Shown in pieces: positions 9,255 through 18,925 of a stretch of DNA of 64,000 bases. The stretch's first letter is position 1; every line of letters begins with the position of its first letter. The position numbers and the translations under genes are program-made. This stretch comes from an uncultured delta proteobacterium (lineage in GTDB: Bacteria; Myxococcota_A; Polyangia; Polyangiales; Polyangiaceae): positions 512,001 to 576,000 of the forward strand of contig CAWJCS010000004.1 in assembly GCA_963841435.1 (NCBI GenBank), in the 5' to 3' direction. Under the pieces are notes generated by a model. That model was not told where the DNA came from. It saw nothing but the letters and a program-made list of their open reading frames with translations, and made no database searches.

Positions 9255-10941
9255 GGGCTCACGGTTTGGGGAAACAAGAGGTCGATGAAACGCTGGGCGG
9301 TCGGCTGGGGGTCGTGATTCGCGAGCCCCGGCCGCTCGTTCGCCTCGATGATGCTGTAGTCCGGCTGGTCCACCGCTTCCACGATGAAATCCAGGCCCAC
9401 GACCGGGATGTCCAGCGTTTCGGCGGCCCTTTCGGCGGCCTCGGCCAGGGCAGGGTGGAGCTCCGCCGTGACGTCGTGGATGGTGCCGCCCGTGTGAAGA
9501 TTCGCGGTTCGGCGCACGAGCACGCTCTGCTTCGGCTGAAGCACGCTGTCTAGCGTGAAGCCGTAGCTCGCGAGGCAACGCTCGGTTTCGACGTCGATGG
9601 GGATGAAGCTCTCTCCGCCCGTTGCGGCCATGCGGCGGCGGCTCTGCTTCTCGATGAGCTCGCGGATGCTGTGCTCGCCGGTCCCCGTGACCTGCGGTGG
9701 TCGCCTCACGGCTGCCGCGATCACGCTGAAATCGATCACGACGATACGCAGGTCCTCACCGCGTACGAGCTCTTCCAAGATGACATCCGAGCAGTGCTGG
9801 CGAGCCCGCTTCACCGCTTGTTCGAGCTCTGCTTCGCCCACGATGCCGACGCTCACGCCGGCTCCCTGCTCGCCGCGCGCCGGTTTGACGACGATCTCGC
9901 CGAAACGCCTCAAGAACTCGGCGTTGCGCGGGCGCGACTCCGCTTCTTGCTGGGCCGGCGTCCTGAGCCCCGCCGCCGTCAGCACGCGTCGCGTGACGCG
10001 CTTGTCGTCGCAGCGGCTCATGGCGACGGCTGTCGTGAGCTCCGACAGCGATTCGCGGCAGATCACCGCCCGGCCGCCGAAGCTCAGGCTGAAGTAGCCG
10101 GCTTCGGCGTCGAGCACATGGACGGCGATGCCGCGCCGACATGCCTCACGCACGATGATGCCGGCATACGGATTCAGCTCGGCCTCGGGGGGACTCGCGA
10201 CGAACAGCGGCTCGTTGATGGGATTCTTCCGCTTGACGCAAAACGTAGGGATACGCGTGAATCCGAGCTTTTCGTAGAGACGAATGGCCTGGTGATTGTC
10301 GTGCATCACCGACAGATCCAAAAATCTCTTCCCCTCTTCGCGTAGTAGGCAATGAGGTGCGTCACGAGCTCCTGCCCGACACCCGGTAGAGACGTTTGTG
10401 GATCCACCGCCAGGCTCCAGAGGCTCGCGCCGTTCTGAGGGTCCGCGAAGGCCTCGTGATGATCGATGCCCGTGACGGCACCGATGATGTCGCCGGTCTG
10501 CGCGTCTTCCGCCACGAAGAAGCTCAAGATGCGCGAGGCGCGCTGCGAGAGCACGAACTCCGGGTCGATCGTCACCATCTTGCGGCGCGCGTAGATGGCG
10601 TTGACGGCGACGGCGTCGGCCACGGACTCCACCCGACGGACCGTGAAGGCGCGGCCCCGGTTCGCGGAGGGCACGGGCGCAACCTCGTGGAGCGCGACCC
10701 GATACGTGTGCGAGGGATCCAGGAAGAAATCCTGCGGTCCTATCGCGAGCAGCACGTGCGGGTCGTCGATGTACAGGGCGATGTCGCGCTGCCCCGGTCC
10801 CTCCTCTCTGAGCGCCGCGCAGATGGCTTCGTTGCTGGCGAAGGTTTGCCCGAAGAGCAGGCGCCCCCAGCCGCAGTCGATGGTGACGCCCGGGTTTTCG
10901 ACCGGGGCAGGGTGGATGCTGGAAGCGGCGCTGGATTTCAC
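9251..10941 (-). CDS. ngg: N-acetylglutaminylglutamine synthetase (GNAT + ATP-grasp), one frameshift at ~10320
   Basis: IDCGWGRLLFGQTF and WSLAVDPQ are in ORF 10306..11004. DLSVMHDN..AIRLYEKLGF, VVKPARGEQG and IEANERPGLANH are in ORF 9251..11050. One extra base in the A5 run at 10320-10324 joins them. Confidence 0.88.
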
Positions 10942-10955
10942 GTGAGACCTCCGCG

Positions 10956-12728
10956 CTATAGCCCTTGTGCCTGGAACCACAGCTCGAGAAGCCCGAGCTG
11001 CCACAATTTCGATCCGCGGAGCGGCGTGACGTGCCCTTCCGGATCGGCAAACAACCGCTCGACGTAGCCCTGGCGGAAGACGCCGCGCTCGCGCGCGCGC
11101 CGCGAGGTCAACACGTCACGCACGAGCGACAGGTACGGCCCGCGCAGGTACTTGAGCGCCGGGACGGGGAAATACCCTTTCGGTCGATCGATGACCTCTG
11201 CGGGCACGAGGCGCCGGGCGACGGCCTTGAGCACGCCCTTGCCGCCGTCACGCACCTTCATTTCGGCGGGAACGCTCGCCGCCACCTCGACGAGCTCGTG
11301 ATCGAGGAACGGGACGCGCGCCTCGAGCCCGAACGCCATCGTCATGTTGTCGACGCGCTTGACCGGATCGTCGACGAGCATGATCTCGGTATCGAGGCGG
11401 AGTGCCTTGTCGATCACCCTGTCGGCGCCGGGCGTTGCGAAGTGTGCATCGAGTAGCGCCCGGCTGTGATCCGCGCCCAAGTAGGCGTCCTCGACGACCT
11501 CGCCCATTTCTTCGTGCGAGCGGTCGAAGAACACGCGCGCGTAGTCGGTGGCGCCGTCCTTTCTCTCGAGCAGCGGCGGGTACCAGTGATAGCCCGCGAA
11601 GACCTCGTCCGCGCCCTGGCCGCTCTGCACGACCTTCACGTGGCGGCTCACCTCCTCGGACAGCAGATAGAAGCCGACGGCGTCGTGGCTCACCATCGGC
11701 TCGCTCATCGCGGAGATGGCGCGCGGCAGGCTTTCGAGCGTGCGATCCGCGCCCGCGAAGATACGGTGGTGCCGGGTCTCGAAACGCTTGGCGATGATGT
11801 CGGAGTAGAAAAATTCGTTGCCTTCCTCGCCGCCCACGCTCTCGAAGCCGACCGAAAAGGTTTCGAGGCCCCTCTGGCCCTCCTCGGCAAGCAATGCGAC
11901 GAGCAGGCTCGAATCGAGACCGCCGGAAAGCAACACGCCGACCGGCACGTCCGCCACCAAGCGCCGCCGCACGGCAACCCTGAGCGCCTCGAGCACGCGC
12001 TCCTGTTCCTCCTCGAACGACGCCCCCGGCTTGCCGCGTTCGGGCTCGAAGCGGAGGGAGAAATAACGCCGCTCCTCGCTTCGGCCGTCGGGCTCGACCA
12101 TCAACGTGGTTGCAGGAGCGAGCTTTTGCACGCCGGCGAGGATGGTGTGTGGTGCGGGCACCACGGCGTGGAGCGTCAGGTAGTGGTGCAGGGCCACCGG
12201 ATCGATGCTCGTGTTGACGTCGCCGCCGGCGAGCAGCGCGGGCAGGGTGGAAGCGAAGCGGAGCGCTTTTGGCGTACGCGCGACGTAGAGCGGCTTGATG
12301 CCGAAGCGATCGCGCGCCAAAAACACGCGCCCCGAGTCGCGCTCGGCGATGGCGAACGCGAACATGCCGGACAGGCGTTCGACGGCGGCGGGACCGAACG
12401 CGTGGTACGCCTTGAGAATCACTTCGGTGTCGCCGCTCGAAAAGAAGCGATACCCGCGCTCCGTGAGCTCCTGCCGGAGCTCTGCGTAATTGTAGATGGC
12501 GCCGTTGTAGACAATGCTGAGCCCGAGCTCCGCGTCGACCATCGGTTGGCGCGCATGGACGCTGAGGTCGATGATGCTCAGGCGCCGGTGTCCGAGCCCG
12601 ATTCGATCGTGGAGGACGAGCCCCGACGAATCGGGCCCGCGTGGCGCCATGCTTGCGACCATCGCGGCAAGCGGCTCGGCGGCGACGCTCTTCCCGTCGA
12701 ATCGAACTTCACCGCAAATGCCGCACAT
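10956..12728 (-). CDS. asnO: N-acetylglutaminylglutamine amidotransferase (asparagine synthase-like)
   Basis: MCGICGE Ntn start, GHRRLSIID, LSGGLDSS, SGQGADEVFAGY and DDPVKRVDNMTMA. Sits upstream of ngg. Confidence 0.9.
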   Translation of the reverse strand: MCGICGEVRFDGKSVAAEPLAAMVASMAPRGPDSSGLVLHDRIGLGHRRLSIIDLSVHARQPMVDAELGLSIVYNGAIYNYAELRQELTERGYRFFSSGDTEVILKAYHAFGPAAVERLSGMFAFAIAERDSGRVFLARDRFGIKPLYVARTPKALRFASTLPALLAGGDVNTSIDPVALHHYLTLHAVVPAPHTILAGVQKLAPATTLMVEPDGRSEERRYFSLRFEPERGKPGASFEEEQERVLEALRVAVRRRLVADVPVGVLLSGGLDSSLLVALLAEEGQRGLETFSVGFESVGGEEGNEFFYSDIIAKRFETRHHRIFAGADRTLESLPRAISAMSEPMVSHDAVGFYLLSEEVSRHVKVVQSGQGADEVFAGYHWYPPLLERKDGATDYARVFFDRSHEEMGEVVEDAYLGADHSRALLDAHFATPGADRVIDKALRLDTEIMLVDDPVKRVDNMTMAFGLEARVPFLDHELVEVAASVPAEMKVRDGGKGVLKAVARRLVPAEVIDRPKGYFPVPALKYLRGPYLSLVRDVLTSRRARERGVFRQGYVERLFADPEGHVTPLRGSKLWQLGLLELWFQAQGL

Positions 12729-13233
12729 GTTGCTCCGTTTCGCTGCTGCGCGCGGCCGCCACCACCGCGTCGTCGACACGCGGCCGGCGGAGGAGGAGGC
12801 CCGGCGCGGGAACGCGTGGGAGGAAGGCCCACTTTTAACGCATCGGGTCGATACCGTCCAGAGATATTTGCCGCAGAATTCGTTGGGGATGAAACGTTTC
12901 TCGGAAGAATTGCTTTTGGCTCAGACCATTTTCTCGCTGCGAACGCGTGCGCGCTCGTCACAAGGTCGAGCTTCGACAACGTTTGTTTCGTGATTTTTCT
13001 CTCTCGCGCGCGCGGCAGGCGAGATGCGGGGGCCATGAGGAAGCCAGGCGGACGCTGGCACGAAACTCAGGGCCGCGGCGCGCTCGGGACGACGCCGCGT
13101 GCGTCGATGATCGTGGTCGTCGCTCCTGCGGGTCCGACGACCGAGAGCTCGGCGCCCCTCGCGGTCCCGACGAACCGGGCCACCGGCACGAGCATCGTCC
13201 GCGCGGTGCCCCAGGTCGAGCGGTGAGACCAGC

Positions 13234-14025
13234 TCAGCGCACCGGGGGCAGCCCGAACGACCGGACGCAGCGCACGAACGCTTCGACCTCGGTGACGGAA
13301 AGCTCGGGATGCGGGGGCATGGCCGCGCTCAAGCCGTGCCGCGCGCCGCCGTCGCGGATGATGGCTGCGAGCTCGTCGTCGTGGCGCTGCCGGCTCCAGC
13401 TTGCGTCGCTGAAATCGCGTGGACTCGGGACCAAGCTTGCTGCCGCGACGCCGTCGCCGCGTCCGCGTGCACCGTGACACACGGCACAGTTGCTCCCGTA
13501 GCCCGGTGGACAGGCTCGGAGCACGGCGGCGGCCGCGGCGGAAGTCGGGGTCGCCGGAACGCCCCGTGTGAGGGGGCGCCCGTGTCGGAGCCCAGGCCAG
13601 GGGATGCCCGAGGTGAACAGAGCGAGCGACGTGGCCGTCGAGACGGCGATGCGCCGGTACCGAAGCCGGGGCGTCGAGGCGCGCTTCGAGCGTGTCCGCC
13701 CGACGTGAACGACCGCCACGGCGAGAAGCATCGTCACGCCGTGCTCGAGACCGAAGAAACGAAGCACGTGATCGTGCACCGCATGCGCGACGTCGGCGCG
13801 GAAGGCGCGAGCGAGCGGGCTCAAGAACAGATAGAGGCCGAGCCCGAGCAGGAGCTGCGCGTCGACGATCCCGACGAAAGCGGCATGAAGGCGCTCGGCC
13901 TGACGGTCCCAATGCCTTCTACGCCACCCGCTTGCGACCGACGCTAAGAACAGGAGCAGGCCGGTCGCAAGGACGAGCCAGCGGACGGAAGAATGGAGAA
14001 AGAGGACGAGCGCGTACGCGGTCAC
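13234..14025 (-). CDS. Four-TM membrane protein fused to a C-terminal c-type cytochrome domain
   Basis: Hydrophobic N-terminal half with His residues (LHSSVRW, LEHG), then CAVCH and a distal AMPPH. Confidence 0.75.
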   Translation of the reverse strand: MTAYALVLFLHSSVRWLVLATGLLLFLASVASGWRRRHWDRQAERLHAAFVGIVDAQLLLGLGLYLFLSPLARAFRADVAHAVHDHVLRFFGLEHGVTMLLAVAVVHVGRTRSKRASTPRLRYRRIAVSTATSLALFTSGIPWPGLRHGRPLTRGVPATPTSAAAAAVLRACPPGYGSNCAVCHGARGRGDGVAAASLVPSPRDFSDASWSRQRHDDELAAIIRDGGARHGLSAAMPPHPELSVTEVEAFVRCVRSFGLPPVR

Positions 14026-14120
14026 GCCGGCCCCAGAACGGCTCGGCTCGCTGCCCGGGTCGGGGCGAGCGGCTCTTGGCGTGCCTCGCGTCCAGAACGC
14101 ACGGCGTCAGGGACGGGCGG

Positions 14121-14858
14121 TCAGGGCTCGGTGGGCGGCGCTGGCATCGGGTGTCCGCCCGGTGGGGGGCCTCCCATGCCTTGGCCCTGGGCCTGCTCCA
14201 TCTGTTTGAGCTGTTGGATGACCTCGTCGTAGTGGCCGAGCATCTCGTCACAGCGCTCGCGTGGGAAGGATGGAGTCCGCTCCTTGACCAGATCACACGC
14301 TGGAGAGCCCGGCGTCAGATCGCCGCATAGTTTGTTGACGAGCTTGTCGCACGTAGCGCGCTCGGCCTTGACCTTGGCGAGCGTCGCGGGAACGCTCCCG
14401 AGCGCAACCTCGCAGGCCGACGGCGTCAAAAGACTCGTCGCGCCCTTCGCCTGCGTGCATGCGAGCGAGCTCTCGCCGCTGCCGGAGCAAATCTTCTGTT
14501 CCCAGTTGCCGCAGGGCCCCTTCGCGGCGCCGCTGCCGGCTGGCATGGCCGCTGACTCGGCGCGAAATTTCGCCTTCGCCTGCGCATCGTGACCGAACCA
14601 ACCTGCCGCGGCTCCTGCCGCGAGCGCGGCGACCGCGACGAGCAAGGCGCGGGAGGTGAACGCGGAAACCGGCGTGGCGCGTTCCTCGCGTCGCGCTTTC
14701 GACCGTCGAGCACCGCGCTTCTTGCGTGGCCGTCCGTCGGGCGCGCTTCGCTCCTCGACCGTTCGCGTCGCCGCGTCGTCGGCGCCTTCGTCTGCTTCGG
14801 GGGCGCTCGGTCGTTCGGCTTCCTGCGTCTCGTCGCTCGAGTCGTCTTCGGTTGTCAC
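14121..14858 (-). CDS. Hypothetical single-TM protein with Cys-rich helical ectodomain
   Basis: Charged N-terminus, one TM helix, and two C-x6-C-x7-C repeats. GTG start at 14858 is assumed. Confidence 0.65.
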   Translation of the reverse strand: MTTEDDSSDETQEAERPSAPEADEGADDAATRTVEERSAPDGRPRKKRGARRSKARREERATPVSAFTSRALLVAVAALAAGAAAGWFGHDAQAKAKFRAESAAMPAGSGAAKGPCGNWEQKICSGSGESSLACTQAKGATSLLTPSACEVALGSVPATLAKVKAERATCDKLVNKLCGDLTPGSPACDLVKERTPSFPRERCDEMLGHYDEVIQQLKQMEQAQGQGMGGPPPGGHPMPAPPTEP

Positions 14859-15024
14859 GCGCGGGAGCTTACAGAGGCGCGCCCGGAACTGCCAGCGAAA
14901 GAAACCGCCGTCGACTCGGGTCTCCGCTGCCGTGCTCAATCCGGATCAGGCCACGCCTCGTCGGACGGTATTCCCATCTACGGAATCGCGCAGTGCCACT
15001 ACGATATTTCGACGGCCTGGTAGT

Positions 15025-15279
15025 TCACTTGCGCCGCTTGGCGGCGCCTTTTCGCAGCAGCTTGCATAGCTTGGCGTAAATGGCGTGCTGTTCGGGAGTC
15101 GGTGTCTGTACGGGAATCATCAACTCCTCGAAAGCAGTCGCGAGGACACGCTCGCGGCCGTCCTCGAACAGATAGTGACGCTTGCCGTCCATCTCACGCG
15201 CAAAAATGCCGAGCCCCCAGTCGGCGCGCAGCGCATGGGCGAATAGAGCCGGCACGGGGATGTCGCTCTCGGCAGGCAT
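15025..15279 (-). CDS. Small hypothetical protein
   Basis: Protein-like composition (DWGLGIF, RHYLFEDG); starts 1 nt after the stop of the upstream ORF. Confidence 0.55.
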   Translation of the reverse strand: MPAESDIPVPALFAHALRADWGLGIFAREMDGKRHYLFEDGRERVLATAFEELMIPVQTPTPEQHAIYAKLCKLLRKGAAKRRK

Positions 15280-15280
15280 G

Positions 15281-15592
15281 TCAGCCATCCCCGCGCTGTT
15301 CGCGACGGGCGCGCACCTTGGTGCTGCGTTCGATGACGAGCCACTGAGTCTTTGCACACGCGTACGTCGCGCAAGTCGCCGCATCGAGCTCTTCTCGACA
15401 CGGCGGCGGCAGGCCACGCCGGGCGAGCTCTTCGTGCAGGTGGCGTGCGATGCGGGCGCGCGCCTCGACGATCGTCCCGGGCCAGCCGCCGCTGATGGGC
15501 CGCCCCTCACTGGTCACGTTCGCGCACAGCGCATCGGCCCACGCGGCTCCGATCGCCGAAGGGCCTTCGCGGAGAATCGATCGGCGGATCAT
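15281..15592 (-). CDS. Small hypothetical protein
   Basis: 103-aa ORF (GAAWA, GGWPGT) abutting the next ORF. Confidence 0.55.
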   Translation of the reverse strand: MIRRSILREGPSAIGAAWADALCANVTSEGRPISGGWPGTIVEARARIARHLHEELARRGLPPPCREELDAATCATYACAKTQWLVIERSTKVRARREQRGDG

Positions 15593-15947
15593 GTCAGCCG
15601 GTCCAAGCTGACGACGCCGAAGGTTCGCGACGAGGACCGAGCCAGCACGGGCTTTGCGCTTCCTCGTGCCGCACGCGACGTGAGCCGCGGCCGTTCGCGC
15701 GTGCAGCCAGGGTAGGCGATTCGTCGTTGCACTAAGTTTCCTAGCCGTCGGACGCTGTCGAGGGGCCCGTCACGGTGGGCCCGAGGAGATCGGAGCAAGA
15801 CCGATCCGCACAACTGCCCGCCCAGCTGGAAAGCTCCAAAACGAAGCCACCGGCGCTGCGATCGTGTAGGCGCCTTTTACCACGTGCAACCGGGCGGATC
15901 CACGCGAAATATCGATGTGGGATTGAAACGACTGCCGCTTGCGAGCT

Positions 15948-16367
15948 TCACTTCGCAGGCGCGACGTCGCCGACGGCGGCTTCGCCGACGACGGCTTCGC
16001 CGGACGCCACTTCGCGAACCGGCGCTTCGCGGACTGCCACTTCGCGGACCGGTGCTTCGCGGATTGCCACTTCGCGGACCGGCGTTTGACGGACCGCCAC
16101 CTCGCGGACCGTGGCTTCGCCGACCGTGGCTTCGCCGACCGTGGCTTCGCCGACCGCGGCTTCGCCGACCGCGGCTTCGCCGACCGCGGCTTCGCCGACC
16201 GCGGCTTCGCCGACCGCAAACTCGTCGGTTGACTCGCCCGGCTCCCCGTCGGGTGTCGGGAGACCGCGCCGCAGCTTGCGCTCGTCCCGGCGGGAGTGCT
16301 TCTCCGCCTGGCGCTCCTTGCGCTGCATTTCCCTCTGTCGCTTGTTGACGCTCGGACGTGAAACCAT
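15948..16367 (-). CDS. Small protein with basic N-terminus and acidic pentapeptide-repeat tail
   Basis: RBS-like GGAG upstream; MVSRPSVNKRQREMQRKERQAEK followed by V(G/R)E(A/V)(A/T/P) repeats. Confidence 0.65.
   Translation of the reverse strand: MVSRPSVNKRQREMQRKERQAEKHSRRDERKLRRGLPTPDGEPGESTDEFAVGEAAVGEAAVGEAAVGEAAVGEATVGEATVGEATVREVAVRQTPVREVAIREAPVREVAVREAPVREVASGEAVVGEAAVGDVAPAK
15960..16216. repeat. 15-bp tandem repeat, about 17 units (GGCTTCGCCGACCGY and variants)
   Basis: Directly visible; units are near-perfect at 16112-16216 and more degenerate leftwards. Confidence 0.95.
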
Positions 16368-17442
16368 GCGAGTTCTCTCCGCAGCGCGCGAGGCGCGCTC
16401 AGCTCGAGTGCGGCCTCCTCGGTCGCACCCGGCGCAATCGTCGTTCTAGAAGCGGCAGCGAGCCTTGCGGCGACCGCCACCGTTGCCGGGCCGGAAGCCA
16501 CCTTCGAATCTGTCATTCATGGGGTGTCGTCTTCCGGGTCGCGGTCTGCTCGCGCCCGTCGGCGCCCGGGGTCAGCCGCGGTCGGGGACCGCGATCCCGA
16601 ACGTCGGCTCGCAGCGCGTGTCGCTGCCTCACAGGATCGCCGGCGAACGACTTTCCGCGAACGCCGTAGGGCGAGGGACAGCCAGGCGGTTACCGAAAAC
16701 GCTGTGAGTGCGACACGCTACCACTTCCCATTCAGCGACGCAACGCGCCGACCGGCCCGCTGCCCGAAGCAAAACGGTTCCGCGACGCTTGGCGCGGGCG
16801 TGGCCTTGCTCCACTGGCGCGGCGCGCGTCCCGAGGTCAACGCGACGCGCGACCACGAGGACAGGGCTCGACGATCGACAGATGGACAGATCATCGGCGT
16901 GCGGAGCAAGCCGCTAACCCTTCGGCGTGGGGCTCAGCGGCTCGTTGACTTTTGACTCCTCGCACGCGGGTGCGACTTGGACCTGCGGGCGCCACCCGCC
17001 TACGTGGTACAGCTGGCGCAGCTCCCGTTCTCGCGCTCGCGAACGTGGGTCTCTGCGCGCTCGCCGTCGCCCCAACGTCCTTGACCCTACGTCGGCGCTT
17101 GCGACGCGTTCACGGACGGAAAGCGTCCGGCGCGTCCGGGTGCTCCCGCGCGCGTTCGTGGGTTGCGCGAGCGGGAGGCTGGACGAGCGGGTGGCGATCA
17201 GCCGGTACGAAAGCGATCTCGCGGATCTCGACGCGACGACCTCCGCGCGTCGGCGTGCTCGCGGCCTCGGGCGCGGCGCTTCTGGTCCTTCGCAAGCGCC
17301 TATTCGCGTGAGCGGCCGCGGTGGCGGGGAGCCCCGCGGCCGGCTCTGGCGCCGCCCGCGGGCGCGAGCGGCCCGACGATTAGATGGCGTGTGGCGGCGT
17401 GGTCGCGCAACTGAGTGTCGAGCCATGGGTCACGCTTGCTCG

Positions 17443-18696
17443 ATGAGGCATGCCACCGTCGCGTTGATGCTGCTTGCCGCCGCCTCGGGGTGCGGCGGGG
17501 GCGGTGTGGCGCCGGGCGCGGGGAGCACGGGGGGTTCGGCCGGGGTCGCTGCCGGCCAGGCCGGCGACTCGGTGGCCGCTGGGAGCGGCGGCGTAGTCGG
17601 CGCGTCGGGTGTGGGCGGCGCACTCTCGCCCGCAGGCGGCAGCGGGGGTGCCGGCGCGGCGTCGGGCGGTGCCGGCGCGGCGTCGGGCGGCGCCGGCGCA
17701 GCGACGGGCGGCACTGGCGCAGCGATGGGCGGTGCCAGCGGTGCTGGGACGGCGGGCGCGGGCGGGTCGCTCGCAGGTGCGGGCACGGCTGGGGCGCCGG
17801 GAGGTGCCGGGGGCGCCGCCGGAGCCGGGCTTGGTGGCACGGCGGGGGCGGGGCTGTCGGCGGGAGGTCGCGGCGGCGATGGCGGTGCGTCGGCGGGGCT
17901 CGGTGGGGCACCGGTTGCTGGCGGCGCGGGCGCGTCCGGTGGCGGCGCCAGCGGCTCGCCGGGCTTCACGGTGTGCTCGGGCACGCCGCCCGCCGGCACG
18001 CGCGTCGCCAGCATTTACGTGATCGGCGACTCCACGGCGTCGGTCTACGCGAGCGACCTCTACCCGCGCACGGGTTGGGGGCAAGTGCTCGGCGACTCCT
18101 TCTCGTCGGCGTGCGCCGTCGTCAAAGACAAGGCGCTCTCGGGTAGGAGCTCGAAGAGCTTCTACGACGAGGGGGCGTGGACACCCGTTCGCGACGCGCT
18201 GACGAGCGGCGACTTCGTTCTGATCCAATTCGGGCACAACGACGAGAAGACCGATGACGCCGCGCGATACACCGACCCTCAAACCACGTACAAGCAGTAT
18301 CTGACGACGTACGTCAACGATTCGCGCGCGAAGCAGGCGATCCCCGTCCTTCTCACGCCCATCTGCCGCAACCAATGGAGCGGCGGGATGATCAAGGACT
18401 CGCACGGGGGTTACCCGCCCGCGGTGCGGGAGCTCGCCGCCGCCCTCGGCGTTCCGCTCGTCAACATGACCGTGCTCACCGAACTCTACTTCGAGCGTAT
18501 CGGCGAGAGCGCGACAACCGCGCTCTTCATGAACCTCGCGCCCGGCGAATCGCCGAACTACCCGCAGGGCAATTCGGACAATACGCACCTCAAGGAAACC
18601 GGCGCGCGCGCCGTCGCGTCGTTGTTCGTCAACGACGCGTACGTCCAGAAGCTCGACATCGCGCGGGACCTCGCCGCGATCCCGACGCCTCCCTGA
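17443..18696 (+). CDS. Rhamnogalacturonan acetylesterase-like SGNH/GDSL esterase (CE12) lipoprotein
   Basis: Lipobox ASGC, long Gly/Ala linker, then IGDST, GWGQ, SGRSSKSF, IQFGHND and DNTH. Confidence 0.88.
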   Translation: MRHATVALMLLAAASGCGGGGVAPGAGSTGGSAGVAAGQAGDSVAAGSGGVVGASGVGGALSPAGGSGGAGAASGGAGAASGGAGAATGGTGAAMGGASGAGTAGAGGSLAGAGTAGAPGGAGGAAGAGLGGTAGAGLSAGGRGGDGGASAGLGGAPVAGGAGASGGGASGSPGFTVCSGTPPAGTRVASIYVIGDSTASVYASDLYPRTGWGQVLGDSFSSACAVVKDKALSGRSSKSFYDEGAWTPVRDALTSGDFVLIQFGHNDEKTDDAARYTDPQTTYKQYLTTYVNDSRAKQAIPVLLTPICRNQWSGGMIKDSHGGYPPAVRELAAALGVPLVNMTVLTELYFERIGESATTALFMNLAPGESPNYPQGNSDNTHLKETGARAVASLFVNDAYVQKLDIARDLAAIPTPP

Positions 18697-18925
18697 CGGG
18701 CCCATCTGTTCAGCGCCTGCGATCGCTGCCTCTGCCGGCGTCGCCGCGTCCCCCGGGCAGGTAGTCAACGTCCTGATCGGTGGGAGGGGGCGCTTCCGGC
18801 ACTGTCGCCGAACCGGGCGTGGCCGTCGCCATGCTCGTCCAGGACGAGGCCGACGGCGTCGGTTCCAGCGCAGGAGACGCCGGCGATGGCGGCGGCGCAG
18901 TGCGTGGTCGCGTGTTCGGTGTCCG

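Noticed and set aside
10320-10324. Programmed frameshift in ngg
   Set aside because: ngg is known as a single ORF, and a homopolymer indel is the simpler explanation.
15960-16216. CRISPR array
   Set aside because: The 15-bp units are contiguous with no spacers, sit in a coding frame, and no cas genes are present.
16370-17440. Genes or ncRNA in the ~1-kb gap
   Set aside because: No ORF with convincing composition and no recognisable RNA structure.
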